From Burkholderiales bacterium (GTDB lineage: Bacteria > Pseudomonadota > Gammaproteobacteria > Burkholderiales > Burkholderiaceae_C): a stretch of DNA of 64,000 bases. The stretch is from positions 18,671 to 82,670 of the forward strand of contig JBKDQE010000020.1 in NCBI GenBank assembly GCA_046342195.1, written 5' to 3'. A program made the translations under genes and the position numbers. Shown piece by piece: positions 60,186 to 64,000 of the stretch. Below the pieces are notes generated by a model that saw only the letters and a list, made by a program, of their open reading frames with translations, was not told where the DNA came from and did not search any database. Position 1 is the first letter of the stretch. The number at the start of each line of letters is the position of its first letter.

Positions 60186-61433
60186 TCACATTCCAAGAAT
60201 AGCCGCCTCGCGGTAGCACTCCAGTACTCTGGCATCTTGCCCCTCCTGCTCGGCAATTTTGGCCAAGGAAAGCCAAGCCTGGCGGCGGGTGCGTTCGTCG
60301 CAAGAGGGGTCTTGGGCGGCTTGGACCAGGAGAGGGTGGGCCTTTCCCCAAAGACGCCAATGAGCCAAGGCCACGCCCACAGCATGAGCCACCGCTGCTT
60401 CTCTGGGGAAAGCCTGGGTACAGGCGTCCAGGCGGGGCAGCCAATCGGCCGGAATACCTTGAATGCACGCCACAAGGGCATTGGAAAGCACCATACGCTC
60501 TTCCGGGGTGAACGATTTGAGGTCGTCCCAGAAAGGGCGCAACCAGCCTCGACCATGCTCTGGTGCCCCCAAGTCGGCCACACGCGAAGCTGCTTTGGCC
60601 ACCACAAAGGGGTCCCGTCGGTCTGCCGCATCAAATTCAAGCCATAGACGTTGCAGCTGGCTGTCATCACGCGCGGCCTCAATAGACTCAAATGCCAGCG
60701 ATCGCATCAAGCTGGTGGCGGCGGCGGGCGAGATGACTTGATGCTTGACCAGCAAACGCGCCGTTCGTAAGGCTTCCTGGGGGCGCCCATCCAGGCGGGC
60801 TGCTTGAAGCTTTAGTTGCAACGCTTGAGTTCGACGCGCCACCCCCGGAGGCAGCGCTTCAAGCAGAGACAAAGCACGCAAGGCATCACGGTCATCCAGA
60901 GCCCACTCGGCTGCCAAGAGCCGCGCGCCTTCCTCGACGGCCCGGTGGCCACCACGCTGGGTGGCTTCAGATACCAGCGCCAACTGCCTGTCCCGATGGG
61001 TGTGATTTTGCAGGCGATGAGCGCTGGCGGCTCGGAGAAGGTGCGCCAAGGCCATAAAGTCATTCTCCTGGGACTGAATGTCTGAATCTGAATGAATCAG
61101 CAACGCCCTTTCAGCGAGTTTTTCAGCGCGGCCATAGCGCCCCCCAAAATAAAGCGCCAGCGACTCTCGAAAGGCCGCCTGGGCACTGCGCTCCTTGCGA
61201 ATGGCCCGCCATTCCCGAGCCCTGCGGGGCAATCCTACCAAGGATCGCACGCCTTGCATCACCAGCACGAGGATAAAGCAGGCTTCAATCAGCAACAGCA
61301 AGAACAGATTAATAGATAAATCAAGCCGATAAGATTTCCAGAAAAAAGAGACCAAGCCATCATTACTTCCAAAAATGGTGGCGCAAATCACCGCTCCCAC
61401 GAAAAGCAGCACGAACCACACCACAAAGCGCAT
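60186..61433 (-). CDS. hemY: heme biosynthesis-associated TPR membrane protein HemY
   Basis: Two N-terminal TM helices (MRFVVWFVLLFVGAVICATIF...) plus a TPR-like body. Last gene of hemCDXY. Confidence 0.8.
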   Translation of the reverse strand: MRFVVWFVLLFVGAVICATIFGSNDGLVSFFWKSYRLDLSINLFLLLLIEACFILVLVMQGVRSLVGLPRRAREWRAIRKERSAQAAFRESLALYFGGRYGRAEKLAERALLIHSDSDIQSQENDFMALAHLLRAASAHRLQNHTHRDRQLALVSEATQRGGHRAVEEGARLLAAEWALDDRDALRALSLLEALPPGVARRTQALQLKLQAARLDGRPQEALRTARLLVKHQVISPAAATSLMRSLAFESIEAARDDSQLQRLWLEFDAADRRDPFVVAKAASRVADLGAPEHGRGWLRPFWDDLKSFTPEERMVLSNALVACIQGIPADWLPRLDACTQAFPREAAVAHAVGVALAHWRLWGKAHPLLVQAAQDPSCDERTRRQAWLSLAKIAEQEGQDARVLECYREAAILGM

Positions 61434-61451
61434 CAGGGTCTTCCTTTTCGA

Positions 61452-62597
61452 TCAGCGGCCAGGTTCGGCCATAGCGAGGGCCGCAAGCGTGTCATCGGGC
61501 CGGGGAACCGACACCATCCGGGCATGAGCAGTGACTTGACGCAAAATCTCGGTGACCTGGATGGTTCTGCGCGATTGGGGATCAAAATAGCGGGACAAAG
61601 CCTCTTGAACCAGTTTGAGGTCTGCCTGTACCGTATCAAATTGGCGACTGAGTAAAGCCAAGCGGGCATTGAGCAAGCGGAGCTTGAGGTTTTCCCGAAG
61701 AAAGAAAGACTGCTCGGGAGCCAGCAACACCGCCTCAGGCTGATCAATGCGCGAGACACGAACCAAGGTTTTGACCTCGGCCCAAATGTGTTGACCCAAG
61801 GCGCGACCGGCTTTCAGCCAGGATGACTCTGCGGGAGCGGCCCCGGATGAGGCGGCGTCGGTAGAGGCACTCCCCTCTTTCGTGCCTGCGAGAGCATCCG
61901 CCCGATCATCGTGCAATTTGGGAGCAGACAGCAACGGCAGGTCGTCCATCAAGGCCACGGCCTCATCCAGACGCAAAGTCACCATAGAAACATCGACACT
62001 GCCGGCTGCACGCACGCGATCCAGGTCACGCAAAATGGCTCGTTGAACGCCCTGAAGCCGCGGTTGATAAGTGCGTGTCAGGCGTTCATCGGATTGTTTC
62101 AGCACAGCCAGCAAGGGCTCGGAACTGCCCGTGATGGCTGATTGTTGAATGGCCACCCGCACGGCCGACTCAATATCGGCCACCAGGTTTTCATCGCGTG
62201 AACGGTACAAAGATTGAACCAATTCTTCGAGCTGGGTGCGCTGAAGTGAGACCTCCGCCACCTTGGCTTCCAGGAGAGCCACTTTGGCCGCAAAATCTCG
62301 CACCATGTCAGAGGACTGGCGGGACAGCATTTGGGCCTCAAGCGCCTGGTTTTGGCTGGCCTCTTGGCGGCGCACCAATTCTTGTTCCAGCAGGCCGACC
62401 TGTCTTTGCGCCCTCCAAGCAATGACCAAACTGATGAAGCAGGCGAGAAACAAGACACCCGCACCAATGCACCAGAGAATCAGTTTCCAGCGCATCAGAC
62501 CTCTTGGGTTTGGCGCTGGCGCATGCTCAATGGGTCGTGAAGCTGCCGAGGCAGGGTGGGAAAATGCCGCAAAATCAGGGGGAGGTTCGGTCACCAT
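61452..62597 (-). CDS. hemX: HemX-like membrane protein (uroporphyrinogen-III C-methyltransferase-annotated family)
   Basis: Single TM (WKLILWCIGAGVLFLACFISLVIAW), then a coiled-coil-rich region. Lies between hemD and hemY. Start set at ATG 62597, overlapping the hemD stop. Confidence 0.75.
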   Translation of the reverse strand: MVTEPPPDFAAFSHPASAASRPIEHAPAPNPRGLMRWKLILWCIGAGVLFLACFISLVIAWRAQRQVGLLEQELVRRQEASQNQALEAQMLSRQSSDMVRDFAAKVALLEAKVAEVSLQRTQLEELVQSLYRSRDENLVADIESAVRVAIQQSAITGSSEPLLAVLKQSDERLTRTYQPRLQGVQRAILRDLDRVRAAGSVDVSMVTLRLDEAVALMDDLPLLSAPKLHDDRADALAGTKEGSASTDAASSGAAPAESSWLKAGRALGQHIWAEVKTLVRVSRIDQPEAVLLAPEQSFFLRENLKLRLLNARLALLSRQFDTVQADLKLVQEALSRYFDPQSRRTIQVTEILRQVTAHARMVSVPRPDDTLAALAMAEPGR

Positions 62598-63376
62598 GAT
62601 GCAGATTGTATGCAGTTGACGATAGAGCGTGGATCTGGAGGGCTCAGAAGAATGCGGCTGAACCCGGCCTGACGGGTGCGCTCTGAAATGCGCAGGTGTG
62701 TGACCAAAGCGCGAGAGCGGGGCCAAACGGGTTGACCCTGTGGGCAAAGTTGCAGCAGGTGATCCACCGACTGACTGCTACTGAAAAGCCATAAATGCTC
62801 ATCGGGAACCTCCATGGCCTGTTGTGCCAGGGCCTGCTGAAGGGGGGTCCAGGCGGGCAGAGTACGCGTGTAGGCTTGCACAAAAGACACTTGCGACCCT
62901 GCGGCCCTGAATTGGCTGGCCAGCCAATCACGCCCACCATCGCCCCGGACAATCATCACCCGACGCCCTGACCAACCTTGCTTTGCCAATTCATTCCAAA
63001 GGGCCTCGGAGTCAAACTGCGGCCCCTGTGCGGGTGGCGCGGTGATCTGCTCAAGCGCCAAGCCTGAGTCAAGCAGAGCCTGAACCGTGCCTGGCCCCAG
63101 CCCACCCACCCGCACGTCATCCGGCCACCCCCAGCTTTGGCGTGATGCGGCTTGTATAAACTGTTGGACCGCATTGGGGCTGACAAAAATGATCATGTCC
63201 AGGTTCTTTAGTGCGGCAGCAAGCTGTTGAACCTGAGAGACGTCGGGGACGGGTTCGATGGTGATCAGGGGCAAGGCATGGGCATCAAGCCCGAAAGAAT
63301 TCAGCCTCTCTACCAAGCCATGGGCCTGCGACAGGGGGCGGGTCACCAAGATTCGCAATCGAGTACCGGAAGCCAT
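62591..63376 (-). CDS. hemD: uroporphyrinogen-III synthase
   Basis: ~260 aa, starts LRILVTRP. Position directly after hemC. Confidence 0.8.
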   Translation of the reverse strand: MASGTRLRILVTRPLSQAHGLVERLNSFGLDAHALPLITIEPVPDVSQVQQLAAALKNLDMIIFVSPNAVQQFIQAASRQSWGWPDDVRVGGLGPGTVQALLDSGLALEQITAPPAQGPQFDSEALWNELAKQGWSGRRVMIVRGDGGRDWLASQFRAAGSQVSFVQAYTRTLPAWTPLQQALAQQAMEVPDEHLWLFSSSQSVDHLLQLCPQGQPVWPRSRALVTHLRISERTRQAGFSRILLSPPDPRSIVNCIQSASW

Positions 63377-63380
63377 CCCA

Positions 63381-64000
63381 TCACCCGGCCATTTGTAAAT
63401 AAGACAATGCCCCCATTGCCATCAAATCGGTGGCGACTTGTTCTCCGAGGGCCAGCGCCGACGCATCATCTGCCACCATGGCCCACCCCTGTGCTTTCAA
63501 CAATGGAGCACAGGCATCAAGCGGGTGGCCCAGCAGGGCACGAAGGTGAAGCCCCTGAGGGGACCAGACTGCATGAGCCGCCAGCGGCATGCTGCAACTG
63601 CCCCCCAGAGCCCGAGACACGGCACGCTCGGCCTGGGTGGCCCACCATGTGGGCGCATGACTCAAGCCTGACAGTCGTTGACACAGTACAGCATTGGCAC
63701 TGAGCACCTCGATTCCCAGGGCGCCCTGGCCTGCGCAGGGCAGCAGAGTGTCGACGCAAAATACGGCCCGAATGCGTGACTCGAGCCCCAGCCGCTTGAG
63801 TCCGGCGGCGGCGAGCACAATGCCGTCGTAGCCACCTTCATCCAGCTTGCGCAGCCGTGTATCGAGGTTTCCCCTCAGGGCTTGCACATTCAAGTCTGGC
63901 CGCAGGGCTTTCATTTGAACCAGGCGACGTAAACTGGAAGTGCCCACAAGCGCTCCAATTGGCAGATCAGCCCATGAGGCAAAGCGGTTCGATACCCAGG
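63381..64000 (-). CDS. hemC: porphobilinogen deaminase (hydroxymethylbilane synthase), 5' end outside the window
   Basis: ...LPIGALVGTSSLRRLVQMKALRPDL..LRGNLDTRLRKLDEG.YDGIVLAAAGLKRLG...PCAGQGALGIE. The frame stays open to the window edge. Confidence 0.9.
   Translation of the reverse strand, partial: WVSNRFASWADLPIGALVGTSSLRRLVQMKALRPDLNVQALRGNLDTRLRKLDEGGYDGIVLAAAGLKRLGLESRIRAVFCVDTLLPCAGQGALGIEVLSANAVLCQRLSGLSHAPTWWATQAERAVSRALGGSCSMPLAAHAVWSPQGLHLRALLGHPLDACAPLLKAQGWAMVADDASALALGEQVATDLMAMGALSYLQMAG

Noticed and set aside
59876-60691. 271-aa minus-strand ORF spanning the tRNA-Arg gene and the 3' part of hemY
   Set aside because: It crosses a tRNA and a terminator, and it overlaps the well-supported hemY frame out of phase.

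Overview
This is a 64-kb chromosomal window from a high-G+C betaproteobacterium. Gene content and order look Burkholderiales/Comamonadaceae-like. All homology calls come from reading the translated ORFs by eye; no search was run.

The backbone is housekeeping: tsaB-rimI-udg, ubiJ-ubiB, aspS-nudB, malate synthase, aceE-aceF-lpdA, htpG, an OYE reductase, a hybrid sensor kinase, gltBD, isocitrate lyase, argJ, secA, kdsC-lptC, tRNA-Arg(ACG) and hemC-D-X-Y.

At least five small accessory patches with lower G+C and insertion-sequence debris are set into this backbone:
- (i) 2.2-7.3 kb: a class II Fic protein, a scrapyard of IS5-family fragments, and two leftover exopolysaccharide genes.
- (ii) 14.3-16.3 kb: an AT-rich island encoding an orphan 467-aa protein built from repeated modules.
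- (iii) 19.0-22.5 kb: a stand-alone, translationally coupled five-gene minor-pilin operon.
- (iv) 23.1-25.6 kb: an AT-rich ~2-kb cassette bounded by ~50-bp direct repeats, encoding an atypical receiver-TPR protein.
- (v) 56.5-60.05 kb: an HD-GYP variant, an IS630 remnant, a polysaccharide deacetylase and an RDD protein, wedged between lptC and tRNA-Arg.

A ~166-bp MITE-like element with ~30-bp terminal inverted repeats occurs twice, in inverted orientation, around a glycine-rich RRM RNA-binding protein gene. Solo copies of its 19-nt end occur elsewhere, and one of them contains the stop codon of aceA.

I saw no CRISPR array, rRNA, prophage or recognisable canonical defence system. The best candidates for undescribed biology are the two AT-rich orphan cassettes, the MITE family, and the pilin operon that lacks its usual partner genes. 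Most long antisense ORFs in the track are GC-driven shadows and were rejected.
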